Shown here piece by piece: positions 28,454 to 36,835 of a stretch of DNA of 64,000 bases. Below the pieces are notes generated by a model. It was not told where the DNA came from. It saw only the letters and a list, made by a program, of their open reading frames with translations, and searched no databases. Numbering within the stretch: position 1 is the stretch's first letter; each line of letters begins with the position of its first letter. The position numbers and the translations under genes are program-made. The stretch is from an uncultured Eubacteriales bacterium (GTDB lineage: Bacteria; Acidobacteriota; Aminicenantia; Aminicenantales; Saccharicenantaceae): the NCBI GenBank assembly GCA_964574895.1, contig CAZNPB010000001.1, positions 82,665 through 146,664 of the forward strand, given 5' to 3'.

Positions 28454-29608
28454 ATGTCGTCGATCAAGATCGGGCTTGTCGGGACCGGCTATATCGGCCT
28501 GGTCCATCTGGAGATGCTGCGCCGCCTCGGCGGCGTCGAGGTCGTGGCGGTCGCCGACGCCAATGAGGCGCTGGCCCGCGCCGCGGCCGAGCGGTTCGCC
28601 GTCGGCCGGATCTACGGCCGGGCCGAGGATCTCATCGCCGATCCGGCGGTGGAGGTCGTCCATGACTGCGCGCCGAACAACGCCCATTTCGACATCAACG
28701 CCAGGGCCATCCGGGCCGGCAAGGAGCTCCTGTCAGAAAAGCCGCTGGCCCTGGACTCCCGGGAGTCGGCCGAGCTGGCGGAGCTGGCGGCCCGGCACGG
28801 CACGCTGACGGCCATCGATTTCTGCTATCGCTATTACCCCGTCGTCCAGGAGGCGGCCGCCCGGGCCCGGCGGGGCGGCCTCGGCGACGTCCGGGCCTTC
28901 ATGGGCCACTTCCTCCAGGACTGGCTTTTTCTCGAGACCGACTGGACCTGGCGCCTGGATCCCCGGGTGGCCGGCCGGGCCAACGTCGTGGCCGACCTGG
29001 GCAGCCACTGGTTCGACCTGATCCAGTTCGTCACCGGGCAGAGGATCGTCGAGGTCATGGCCGAGCTCCACACCTGCCTGCCCAAAAGGCGCCGGCCCAA
29101 GGGCGGGGTCCTGTCGTTCGGCGCGGGCGGGGCCGGGGAGACGGAAGAGGTGGCCGTCACGCTCGACGATTACGCGTCGGTCTTCCTCAAGCTCGAGAAC
29201 GGGGCCCGGGGCAGCTTCACGACCTGCCAGGCCGCGGCGGGCCGCAAGGTCGACCTGGAGTTCCAGGTCTTCGGATCGAAGGAATCCTACGCCTGGAGCC
29301 ACGTCCACCCGAACGCCTTATGGATCGGGCACCGGGAAAAGGCCAACGAGGTTTTCTACGAGTCGCCGCAGCTTCAGACAGAGGAGACGCGGCGCTACGC
29401 CCTGCTGCCGACGGGCCACCCCATCGGCTATCACGACGCGCTCTTCAACCTGTTCCGGGATTATTACGAGGCGCTGGCGGCCAAGCGGGACGGCCGGCCC
29501 TATCGGGCTACGTTCCCCGATATCCGGACCGGCCACGAGATGATGTGCGTCATCGACGCGGCCGTCGAATCGGACCGGGCCGGGCGCTGGGTCCCGGTCC
29601 GGAGATAG
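28454..29608 (+). CDS. Gfo/Idh/MocA-family NAD(P)-dependent oxidoreductase
   Basis: N-terminal Rossmann motif IKIGLVGTGYIG and the EKPLAL motif. GGAGG Shine-Dalgarno site. Confidence 0.85.
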   Translation: MSSIKIGLVGTGYIGLVHLEMLRRLGGVEVVAVADANEALARAAAERFAVGRIYGRAEDLIADPAVEVVHDCAPNNAHFDINARAIRAGKELLSEKPLALDSRESAELAELAARHGTLTAIDFCYRYYPVVQEAAARARRGGLGDVRAFMGHFLQDWLFLETDWTWRLDPRVAGRANVVADLGSHWFDLIQFVTGQRIVEVMAELHTCLPKRRRPKGGVLSFGAGGAGETEEVAVTLDDYASVFLKLENGARGSFTTCQAAAGRKVDLEFQVFGSKESYAWSHVHPNALWIGHREKANEVFYESPQLQTEETRRYALLPTGHPIGYHDALFNLFRDYYEALAAKRDGRPYRATFPDIRTGHEMMCVIDAAVESDRAGRWVPVRR

Positions 29609-29626
29609 GCGGAGGGCTTCCGGGCC

Positions 29627-30025
29627 TTATTCGGCCTTGGCCGGCTCGGCCTTCTTCTCTTCGGCTTTCTTCTTGGCGGGCTTGGCCTCGCCCTTGGCGC
29701 CTTCGGCCTTCGGCTTCTTGGCCTTGCCTTCCGCCGGCGCGCTCTTCTTCTGGGCCTTGGCGCCCTCGTCCTTGGGCTTCTTGGGGGCGGCGGCCTTCTC
29801 GGCCTTGATCCGGGCCATCTCCTCGGTCCGCTTCCCGATCTCGGCGATGCGGGCCAGGCGGCGGTTGACGGCCTTGACCGAGGCCTTCAGGCTCCGGACG
29901 ATGGGGTCGCGGTCGGTCTGCGGGGCGGCGACGCCTTTGCCGGCCAGGAGCGCCAGCCTGTCCTTGAGCTTCTGTTCGAACGCCGCTTTCTGGCGGGTGA
30001 CGATCTCTTTCCTCATGATGCCCAT
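29627..30025 (-). CDS. Lys/Ala-rich histone-H1-like / nucleoid-type small basic protein (132 aa)
   Basis: ATG at 30025 with GGAGG 5 nt upstream. The C-terminal half is made of AKKP/KAEG-type low-complexity repeats (KAEKAAAPKKPKDEGAKAQKKSAPAEGKAKKPKAEGAKGEAKPAKKKAEEKKAEPAKAE). Confidence 0.6.
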   Translation of the reverse strand: MGIMRKEIVTRQKAAFEQKLKDRLALLAGKGVAAPQTDRDPIVRSLKASVKAVNRRLARIAEIGKRTEEMARIKAEKAAAPKKPKDEGAKAQKKSAPAEGKAKKPKAEGAKGEAKPAKKKAEEKKAEPAKAE

Positions 30026-30185
30026 GTGGTCCTCCGTGAGAGTCTCTCGAGGGCCGGAAAGCTCGTTCCGGCTTTGTTCTTGACGCTCTTTTATAGCAGG
30101 AATCCGGCCAAAAAGCCACAAGAAGCGTCGCCGCGGCTCAACGGGGACGAGGAAAAAGAAGATCGCACCCGGTGTGACTCGAAAG

Positions 30186-30200
30186 GGCGCGATTACCGCC
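30186..30200. repeat. GC-rich 15-nt motif, copy 1 (GGCGCGATTACCGCC)
   Basis: Lies 3' of propeller paralog 1. Consensus is GGCGCGAT-NN-CCGCC, with GGCG/CGCC dyad ends. Confidence 0.5.
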
Positions 30201-30270
30201 GTTCTTCGTAACCGCATATGCTTAACGGGACGTCCGACTTGAAAATCAGAAAGATGTCGGTGCCATTTTC

Positions 30271-31389
30271 CTAATATTTCCACACGACAGAATAGCGCTT
30301 CACGACCTCATAGCCTTCGTCATCGGCTTCGACGGTGTATAACTTGTTGCCTTTGAGAATGGTCGGCGTCGGGTTGATGAGATCGGGATGGGCGTTTAGT
30401 GGGAGCTGTCCGATAAACCGTCCTTCAGCATCATAAACGTCGTGAATGTCTTGTCTGCCGTTTGGAGTACGCTCCCAGGTCTGCACGAAGAGTCTGCCGT
30501 GATCATCGCCGAAAAAACTGCGAAAGGCCGCATGAACCGAGGGGCAAGGGAATCTCGGCGGGGCGGATGATCCCGGCGGGTTGGATCGCTTCAGGTATAT
30601 CTTCCTATCTTCATCCGTCACTTTGGCTGGTTCATATTCCCGGCGGATCCTTTTGACTTCCTTAAAATGTCTATCATAGAGAGAGATTTCATAGGTTTTG
30701 GGATATCCGAAGATCAGTTGGTCTTGAGGATCAAGGATCCAAAACTCCCGTGGCGAATATAAGTTCAAATCGGGGGGCTGGGGAATGGTGGCTATATCGG
30801 CAAGGACCGTCGCCATGTCAGAGCCGAAAATGCGATAAACAACCCGTCTTTCACGAGGGTCACGAATGCTGAGATAAACGTTTCCCCGTCCGTCGGCGAA
30901 TCCCGAAGAAAGGAAGCCCTTGGTCGCTATGTTCTTTTTAAATCGCCCTTGAAGATCGAATACGACCAGCTTGCCGATATCACCGACGACGAGTTCCTGT
31001 CTCTCCTGGCTGATGGTGATAGAATCCACCAAGCTCAGTTCACCCGGCCCTTGTCCTCCTCGGCCGATCGTCCTTATATATGCACCGGCTTTGTCAAAAA
31101 CCTTAATGCATGATCGCTGAAGATCACCGACGTAAATATTGCCCTCGTTATCGACGGCAATTCTCCAAGCCCTGGAAAATACGGCTTCTCCCTGAGCTTT
31201 TGCCCCACCCAAAGCCAAGTCCTCTTTGAGGATCAGAATCGGTTCCTTGTAGATTGGCTCTCGTGGATTCAGGACGATCGTGACATCGCCCTCTTTGACG
31301 ATCTTGCCCTTCCACTTGAGCTGAGCGGCGGAGGTGGCCATTAAAGCCAATAGGAGGATGGCTGCGGCAATTCCCTTGCTCTTTTTCAT
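30271..31389 (-). CDS. 6-bladed beta-propeller (NHL-like) family protein, paralog 1, secreted
   Basis: MKKSKGIAAAILLLALMATSAAQ signal peptide. GGQGPGEL motif. C-terminal KGNKLYTVE..GYEVVKRY is shared with the neighbouring genes. AT-richer codon use. Confidence 0.8.
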   Translation of the reverse strand: MKKSKGIAAAILLLALMATSAAQLKWKGKIVKEGDVTIVLNPREPIYKEPILILKEDLALGGAKAQGEAVFSRAWRIAVDNEGNIYVGDLQRSCIKVFDKAGAYIRTIGRGGQGPGELSLVDSITISQERQELVVGDIGKLVVFDLQGRFKKNIATKGFLSSGFADGRGNVYLSIRDPRERRVVYRIFGSDMATVLADIATIPQPPDLNLYSPREFWILDPQDQLIFGYPKTYEISLYDRHFKEVKRIRREYEPAKVTDEDRKIYLKRSNPPGSSAPPRFPCPSVHAAFRSFFGDDHGRLFVQTWERTPNGRQDIHDVYDAEGRFIGQLPLNAHPDLINPTPTILKGNKLYTVEADDEGYEVVKRYSVVWKY

Positions 31390-31441
31390 GTATGACCCCC
31401 TTTGTCTCCTTTGCCCTGCTTCCGAGCGTCCTACTAGATAA

Positions 31442-31456
31442 GGCGCGATCACCGCC
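31442..31456. repeat. GC-rich 15-nt motif, copy 2 (GGCGCGATCACCGCC)
   Basis: Part of a 30-nt block (31441-31470) with 25/30 identity to 32649-32677. It lies immediately 3' of paralog 2. Confidence 0.55.
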
Positions 31457-31468
31457 CTTAACCTGCGT

Positions 31469-32614
31469 CTAATTGATCAATCGGGCCCAGCTGGGGAGCC
31501 CCGACAGTGAATAGCGAACCAGCTCCAGGGTTTCGGTCTCGGTCGGAACAAGCACATACAATCCATGGTCATGAAGGGTCAGAGGCGCATAGCTGAGCCG
31601 CATCCACTCGAGCCCTCGGGGTAAGGGGAGCATCAGGGATCCCAGGAAGGAGCCTTTCAAGTCATAGATATCGATTCGGGCGAGCCGCCGCGCCTCATCG
31701 AAGGTCGAGGTAAGGACCCAGATCCTCCCGTTCAGGACCCAAATCCTCAGCACGTCGTCCAGCGTCTCATGTTCGAAGGATTTGACCTCGCTCCCGCTCA
31801 GCGTCAGACTGGGCGCGTAGAACTTATCTCGGGGCGACTTCCATTCGGGCCGAATCTTGACCTTCGGATAGTCCCGGCTGATGAAGGGCGAGATCTCCAT
31901 CCGGCCCAGGTCCAGGCGTCGAATGTCGTAGCCCCCGTTATCCGCGATAAGGAATGTCGATTCATCGGCTCTGGCGATCTGAACGTAGCACACGTTCTTG
32001 AGATAGCTCGTATCGCGGACAAAATAGCGCTTGGGGAACCAGGGGCCTTCCGTGCGGGCTTCCGCGTCGCCGGGCGCGGCGGACAACAGACGCACCGGGA
32101 CATCAAGGAACGTCGCTTGCCCGCCAGTATTCTGGAAAAATTCGCGGAAAAAGAAGAAGCGCCCGTCCCGGCCGCCGAGCAGACCGGCATGTCCGAGCGT
32201 CGAGGGCATCGATGCTTCCTGCAGGACGTTTCCCTCGCGGCCGAAGATGATCATCTTGTTCGGATTCCGGTTGAAAACGAGAACGCGGTCGTTTTCCGGG
32301 ATAAATCCGGCGAGATCGCTCAGCTCTCCAGGTCCCTGGCCTCTCTTGAAGAAATTGCGCAAGAATCTCCCCTGAGGAGAGAAAAGGAGCAACTGTCCTT
32401 CGTCGGCGACCCAGACAAAGCCGCGCTCGTCGATCTGGGGCGGATCGGGAGAGGAAAAATAGAAGGCGCCGGGCCGGTCGACGACCCGCCACGTCTCCTC
32501 CAGAACGACAACAGGGACTTTATCTGCGCCGGGGATACCATTGCCTAGACAAAGAAAGGCAAGGAAGGAGCATGCCCCAGTCCGGACGATACTCTGCCAT
32601 CTTGATTCTCGCAA
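31469..32614 (-). CDS. 6-bladed beta-propeller family protein, paralog 2
   Basis: RGQGPGELS motif and family-wide colinearity. Only a TTG start (32614) is available, so the start is uncertain. Confidence 0.7.
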   Translation of the reverse strand: MRESRWQSIVRTGACSFLAFLCLGNGIPGADKVPVVVLEETWRVVDRPGAFYFSSPDPPQIDERGFVWVADEGQLLLFSPQGRFLRNFFKRGQGPGELSDLAGFIPENDRVLVFNRNPNKMIIFGREGNVLQEASMPSTLGHAGLLGGRDGRFFFFREFFQNTGGQATFLDVPVRLLSAAPGDAEARTEGPWFPKRYFVRDTSYLKNVCYVQIARADESTFLIADNGGYDIRRLDLGRMEISPFISRDYPKVKIRPEWKSPRDKFYAPSLTLSGSEVKSFEHETLDDVLRIWVLNGRIWVLTSTFDEARRLARIDIYDLKGSFLGSLMLPLPRGLEWMRLSYAPLTLHDHGLYVLVPTETETLELVRYSLSGLPSWARLIN

Positions 32615-32649
32615 TATTCTCTCTCTCCCAGGAACGTCTCTCGCTATGA

Positions 32650-32664
32650 GGCGCGATATCCGCC
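32650..32664. repeat. GC-rich 15-nt motif, copy 3 (GGCGCGATATCCGCC)
   Basis: Lies immediately 3' of paralog 3. See copies 1 and 2. Confidence 0.55.
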
Positions 32665-32683
32665 CTGACCGGCGTCTCGGTAG

Positions 32684-33859
32684 CTACTCCCATTTCATTT
32701 TATAAACTGTTAGCGCCACGTAGCCGCTGTCCTTTTCTCTGAGGCAGTAGAGGTGGTCGCCCTTCGCAAGAACCCCCAGAGGACTGGCACTGTATCTTCC
32801 GCCATCGACGTACTGAATCCGGACGTTATCGAGCTGGAACCTTCCGATGAATACGCCGCCGTTTGTGAAGATATCGTACCAATACTCGCGTTCCCCTTCC
32901 CACTCGTTGCTCATGACGTATAGACGGCCTTGATCGTCTGCGAACAGAAAGCGGAAAGGTGGCAGATACGTTGCCCAGTCAAGCTTGTTCAGCATCTCCT
33001 GCCCGTGGGTGACGCGGCTCATGACCTTCACGAGAAGCTCTTTATATTGCTCGGGAACAGGGACGGGGCGATATTCCTTGCGGAGCTTCCTCACGAGTCT
33101 CCCGGAGAAATCGAAGACGGAGATCTCGTAGCCCCCCGTAGAGTCCCCGACGAAAATGCGGTCGTTTGAAGCGCCAACGATTAATGCCCCGCCGACTGGT
33201 CTCCAACGGGGAGCCTTCAGCGCATCTTCAAACTCATAAGTGTAGAATTCCCGATTCTCGGTAAGAGCATCGTTAGAAATGTAATAGTGATTCCTGAGCA
33301 CAGGTTCCGCTGGGTCCTGTTCCTGCCACCAGGTCAGGTACTTGTTGCTGCCCAAATATTGCCCAAGCGAAATATTCTTGCTGAGCTTTGTCTCTTGAAG
33401 TAGGAGGCCTTCTCCGCTGAAGGCATAGAACTCCTTCTTGGTCATGTCTTTGGCGAGAACGCGGTTCTGCTCATCGATCAAGATATCCCCGCCCCAGTCG
33501 AACTCACCGGGTCCCTGACCCTTACGCCCGAAGGACATCAGGAACTTCCCCGATTTATCGAATTTATAGATAAAATTCTCGGGACTCTGCCGCATCATGC
33601 AATAGATGTTTCCGTCGCGGTCCAGGCAAAATGACTCGATCATGGTCAAGCCTGTCTGCACGATGCTGTCTTTCTCGGTGTCGATGGAAAAGACCTCCTC
33701 GAGTTTGAGGGTGGAAGGCACGCCCGGAAGAGAATAGGGCTCGACATGATTGACAATGACCTCGACCCCGTCTTCGATGATCTTGTCGACCTGGGACTGT
33801 TTGGCTTTACAGGACACGAGGAGAGCAATGGCCAGAAAACAAGCAGGTATTTTCCTCAT
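32684..33859 (-). CDS. 6-bladed beta-propeller family lipoprotein, paralog 3
   Basis: Lipobox LLVSC. KGQGPGEF motif. C-terminal KGDHLYCLREKDSGYVALTVY. Confidence 0.8.
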   Translation of the reverse strand: MRKIPACFLAIALLVSCKAKQSQVDKIIEDGVEVIVNHVEPYSLPGVPSTLKLEEVFSIDTEKDSIVQTGLTMIESFCLDRDGNIYCMMRQSPENFIYKFDKSGKFLMSFGRKGQGPGEFDWGGDILIDEQNRVLAKDMTKKEFYAFSGEGLLLQETKLSKNISLGQYLGSNKYLTWWQEQDPAEPVLRNHYYISNDALTENREFYTYEFEDALKAPRWRPVGGALIVGASNDRIFVGDSTGGYEISVFDFSGRLVRKLRKEYRPVPVPEQYKELLVKVMSRVTHGQEMLNKLDWATYLPPFRFLFADDQGRLYVMSNEWEGEREYWYDIFTNGGVFIGRFQLDNVRIQYVDGGRYSASPLGVLAKGDHLYCLREKDSGYVALTVYKMKWE

Positions 33860-34030
33860 CTCTGCCGTTCCCCTTGGATAACCCGATTATTGATCAGCTC
33901 CGTCCGGAATACAATCCCTCTCCCCGTCCGATTCTGGGGCCCTATATCCTCCTTGGGAAGGGTCTCTCTATATGCCTCGCAATACCCGCACCAATCGGCG
34001 ATCATGGAGCCGGGTCCCATGATCAGGACC

Positions 34031-35221
34031 TCACTTCCACATCATTCGATAGGCTACAAGCTCCTTATAGCCGCTGGGTTTTTCGCGGATGGCATAGAGA
34101 CGGTTCTTCTTGGAAATGATCCACGAGTCCATCGGACTGCCTGGCGCAAAAGGATCGGCTGAGAGGTAAGCGTTAACGCTCGTCCTGGCAAAGAATATTC
34201 CCTCAGGAGTGAAGATGTCGAAGATGTATTCCCCCGGTTTCTCTCCGGCTTCATAGGTCATGACGAACAATCGTCCTCTGTCATCACAAAAAAGGTGCTG
34301 AAAAGGAGGGCTGGCCTTGGGAAAATCCAGCTTGGCCTTGAGAGAAGAAAGCTGGGGGGAATCAAGCGCCTTGAGTATTCCCTGTCTCTTACTCTCCGGG
34401 AAAGGCGCTTCGACGAATTCTTTCCTAATCTTTCCAACAAGATTTCCGCTCTGGTCATAGACACGGATTTCATAGCCCTTGTCGGGATTCCCCAAATAGA
34501 TCCGGTCCCGCGCCACAGCCCAGCAAGTGAGCGAATAAGGAATCTGGATCTTCGAGACACCGAACGGATGTGGTAAAACGACCCGATCGAGCTCGCAAAT
34601 GTTCCGTAACTCACGGTCGATCAGGGAATATCCCATGACAAGGCCTGGAAATCCTTTACCCGCCTCCAATCCGGTCTTTCGGTAGAGATTGTTCCCGGAA
34701 GCTAATTGAAGAAGAAGGAAGCCGCCTTTGATATCGAGAGGCAATTCGGCCTCTCGCAAAATGGCGCCATGTTGGTCAAAGACAAAGAGCTTCTTCGTCA
34801 TCATATCCATTAAGGAGAGTTCTTCATCGACAGTAATCCTTTGGTAGATCGGCCATTGGATCTCACCCGGTCCCTGGCCTTTCGGGGCAAAAGACCTAAG
34901 AAATCGTCCCGACGCATCGAATTGGGAAATGAATGTACCATTGCTCAGCGGAGACTGGTAAACATAGATGTCGCCCAGAGAAGTCACATCAAAACCCCAG
35001 ATATCGACAATACCCTTTTCGGCTAGATCAGAACGCTCCGTGTCGATTGAGAATTCCCGTTCCAAGGACAGGGACAAAGGCGCTCCCTCAACAAGATATG
35101 GCTGGGTGTGATTGACAATGATTTCAACGCCATTCTCGACTATCCTATCGACTTGAGCATGTTGGGATCTACAGGAAACAAGTAGAGCGATTGGCACAAG
35201 GAAAGCGGCTAACCTCTTCAT
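34031..35221 (-). CDS. 6-bladed beta-propeller family lipoprotein, paralog 4
   Basis: Lipobox LLVSC. KGQGPGEI motif. C-terminal KKNRLYAIREKPSGYKELVAY. GGGAGAGGG Shine-Dalgarno site. Confidence 0.8.
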   Translation of the reverse strand: MKRLAAFLVPIALLVSCRSQHAQVDRIVENGVEIIVNHTQPYLVEGAPLSLSLEREFSIDTERSDLAEKGIVDIWGFDVTSLGDIYVYQSPLSNGTFISQFDASGRFLRSFAPKGQGPGEIQWPIYQRITVDEELSLMDMMTKKLFVFDQHGAILREAELPLDIKGGFLLLQLASGNNLYRKTGLEAGKGFPGLVMGYSLIDRELRNICELDRVVLPHPFGVSKIQIPYSLTCWAVARDRIYLGNPDKGYEIRVYDQSGNLVGKIRKEFVEAPFPESKRQGILKALDSPQLSSLKAKLDFPKASPPFQHLFCDDRGRLFVMTYEAGEKPGEYIFDIFTPEGIFFARTSVNAYLSADPFAPGSPMDSWIISKKNRLYAIREKPSGYKELVAYRMMWK

Positions 35222-35366
35222 CTCGGCCCTCTCCCAATAGTCACGCCCTCAACGAGCCTAATGTCCGGTTCTTCTCTTTTCGCGCGAGCCCATTCCGTTC
35301 TCCGCATTAGCCGAGCCCAGGATTTACAGAGCCACCCCGCTCGAATCCTGTTCTTCGTCTCGGGCA

Positions 35367-36518
35367 TTAGAAACCGAAGCTCACGGAATACCTGACGATA
35401 GACGGAAATCCGGCCTCATCCTGTTCGACAGTGTAGAATTTCCCGCCTTTCCACAACATTGGCTTCTCGATGAGTGCTGTAAATGGGTGGCGGATCATAG
35501 CGATATAGCGGCCTTCTTGATCAAAGACATCGAAGACCGTCTTCCTCTCCTTGCTCGGATCATCCGCTATACTGGAGAAGGAAAGGACGAAAAGCCGCCC
35601 CGAATCATCACATTTCACGACACGATAAGGAGGATGGAACCGAGGGAATTCGAGATGGATGGGATCGGACGGATTTCGCTTCTTATGCTCGTTGACGATC
35701 GCTTGTTTTTCTTCATCGGCAACAGGATTGGGATCCCAGTCCTTGAGTATCCTCTTCTGCAAGTGCCCTCGGGCGTCGAATATTCGTATCTCATATCCTT
35801 CGGTCGGACAGCCATAAACGAGCCGATCGTCGGGCATCACCGCGAAAGACATGATTGGATCGAAGATACTCACTCTTTTGGGATCAGGCATCGGCAGCGG
35901 CCACGTCGCGAGAACTGCGGCTTCTTCCGTCCTGCTGTCGAGACGGGACAACTTGAAACCGGGGGGCTCCATGGAAAAATCCATGATGTAATACACGCCC
36001 TTGGAATCGTAGTCCACTTTGATGGGAGAGAAGGCCTTGAGCAAATACTGCCTCAGATATAGTCCGTCCGGAGCGAAATATTCAATACTCCTATTTCCTT
36101 CGCAAGTAACCATGGTCTCGCCGTTCGAGCTGACGTGAAGGTTGCCGGCGCCGCTGAATTCGCCGGGACCCTGCCCTGGACGACCTACTGTCCTTAAGAA
36201 ACGGCCATTTCTGTCGAACACTCGGACGTCATCACCTTTGAGGTCGATAGCGTAGATACTGCCGTCGTCGCCCACGGCGAGATCTGTGATCTCCGTAAAC
36301 AAGTATTCCTGATCCCCTTCGGGCGCGCCGATCTTTAGATCTTGGACGATTTTGATTTCCGCGTTTTCATACAAGGGGTTCTTTGGATTGCTGACTATAA
36401 CAACGCCATCCTTCTCGGTAATCGTGCCTTCCCACGCGCCCCTATTTCCCCCACAAGCAGCGCAGGCCCATAGAAGAAGAATCGTAGCCCGCCATCCGAC
36501 GGAGTGCTTGAATGCCAT
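35367..36518 (-). CDS. 6-bladed beta-propeller family lipoprotein, paralog 5
   Basis: Lipobox-like LLWACAAC. PGQGPGEF motif. C-terminal KGGKFYTVEQDEAGFPSIVRY. Confidence 0.8.
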   Translation of the reverse strand: MAFKHSVGWRATILLLWACAACGGNRGAWEGTITEKDGVVIVSNPKNPLYENAEIKIVQDLKIGAPEGDQEYLFTEITDLAVGDDGSIYAIDLKGDDVRVFDRNGRFLRTVGRPGQGPGEFSGAGNLHVSSNGETMVTCEGNRSIEYFAPDGLYLRQYLLKAFSPIKVDYDSKGVYYIMDFSMEPPGFKLSRLDSRTEEAAVLATWPLPMPDPKRVSIFDPIMSFAVMPDDRLVYGCPTEGYEIRIFDARGHLQKRILKDWDPNPVADEEKQAIVNEHKKRNPSDPIHLEFPRFHPPYRVVKCDDSGRLFVLSFSSIADDPSKERKTVFDVFDQEGRYIAMIRHPFTALIEKPMLWKGGKFYTVEQDEAGFPSIVRYSVSFGF

Positions 36519-36698
36519 CGCCCACCCCCTATTCTGAATACGCCCGACTGGCCTCCAAATCCCTCTCGATTTCGGTTAATTGGAATATTAACATCGCAGA
36601 CCTTCAAAAGCCAATCTCCCGCCGCTGTTGGAATCGAAATGAGAAAGAATTAAGAGGCGTGACCGATAAAGGTATGAAAATAAAGAGGAATAGGAGAG

Positions 36699-36772
36699 CG
36701 CGCCCGGGGTGACTCGAACACCCGACCTGCTGATTCGTAGTCAGACGCTCTATCCAACTGAGCTACGGGCGC
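36699..36772 (-). tRNA. tRNA-Arg (anticodon ACG), canonical class I
   Basis: The reverse complement is GCGCCCGTAGCTCAGTTGGATAGAGCGTCTGACTACGAATCAGCAGGTCGGGTGTTCGAGTCACCCCGGGCGCG. It has a 7/5 acceptor/T branch and anticodon loop CTACGAA. No CCA is encoded. Confidence 0.9.
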
Positions 36773-36835
36773 GCAGGGCGGAAAAGCGGGGATAATATAA
36801 CCGAAATCGACCGGCTTTGCAACGGGCCGGCGGCG

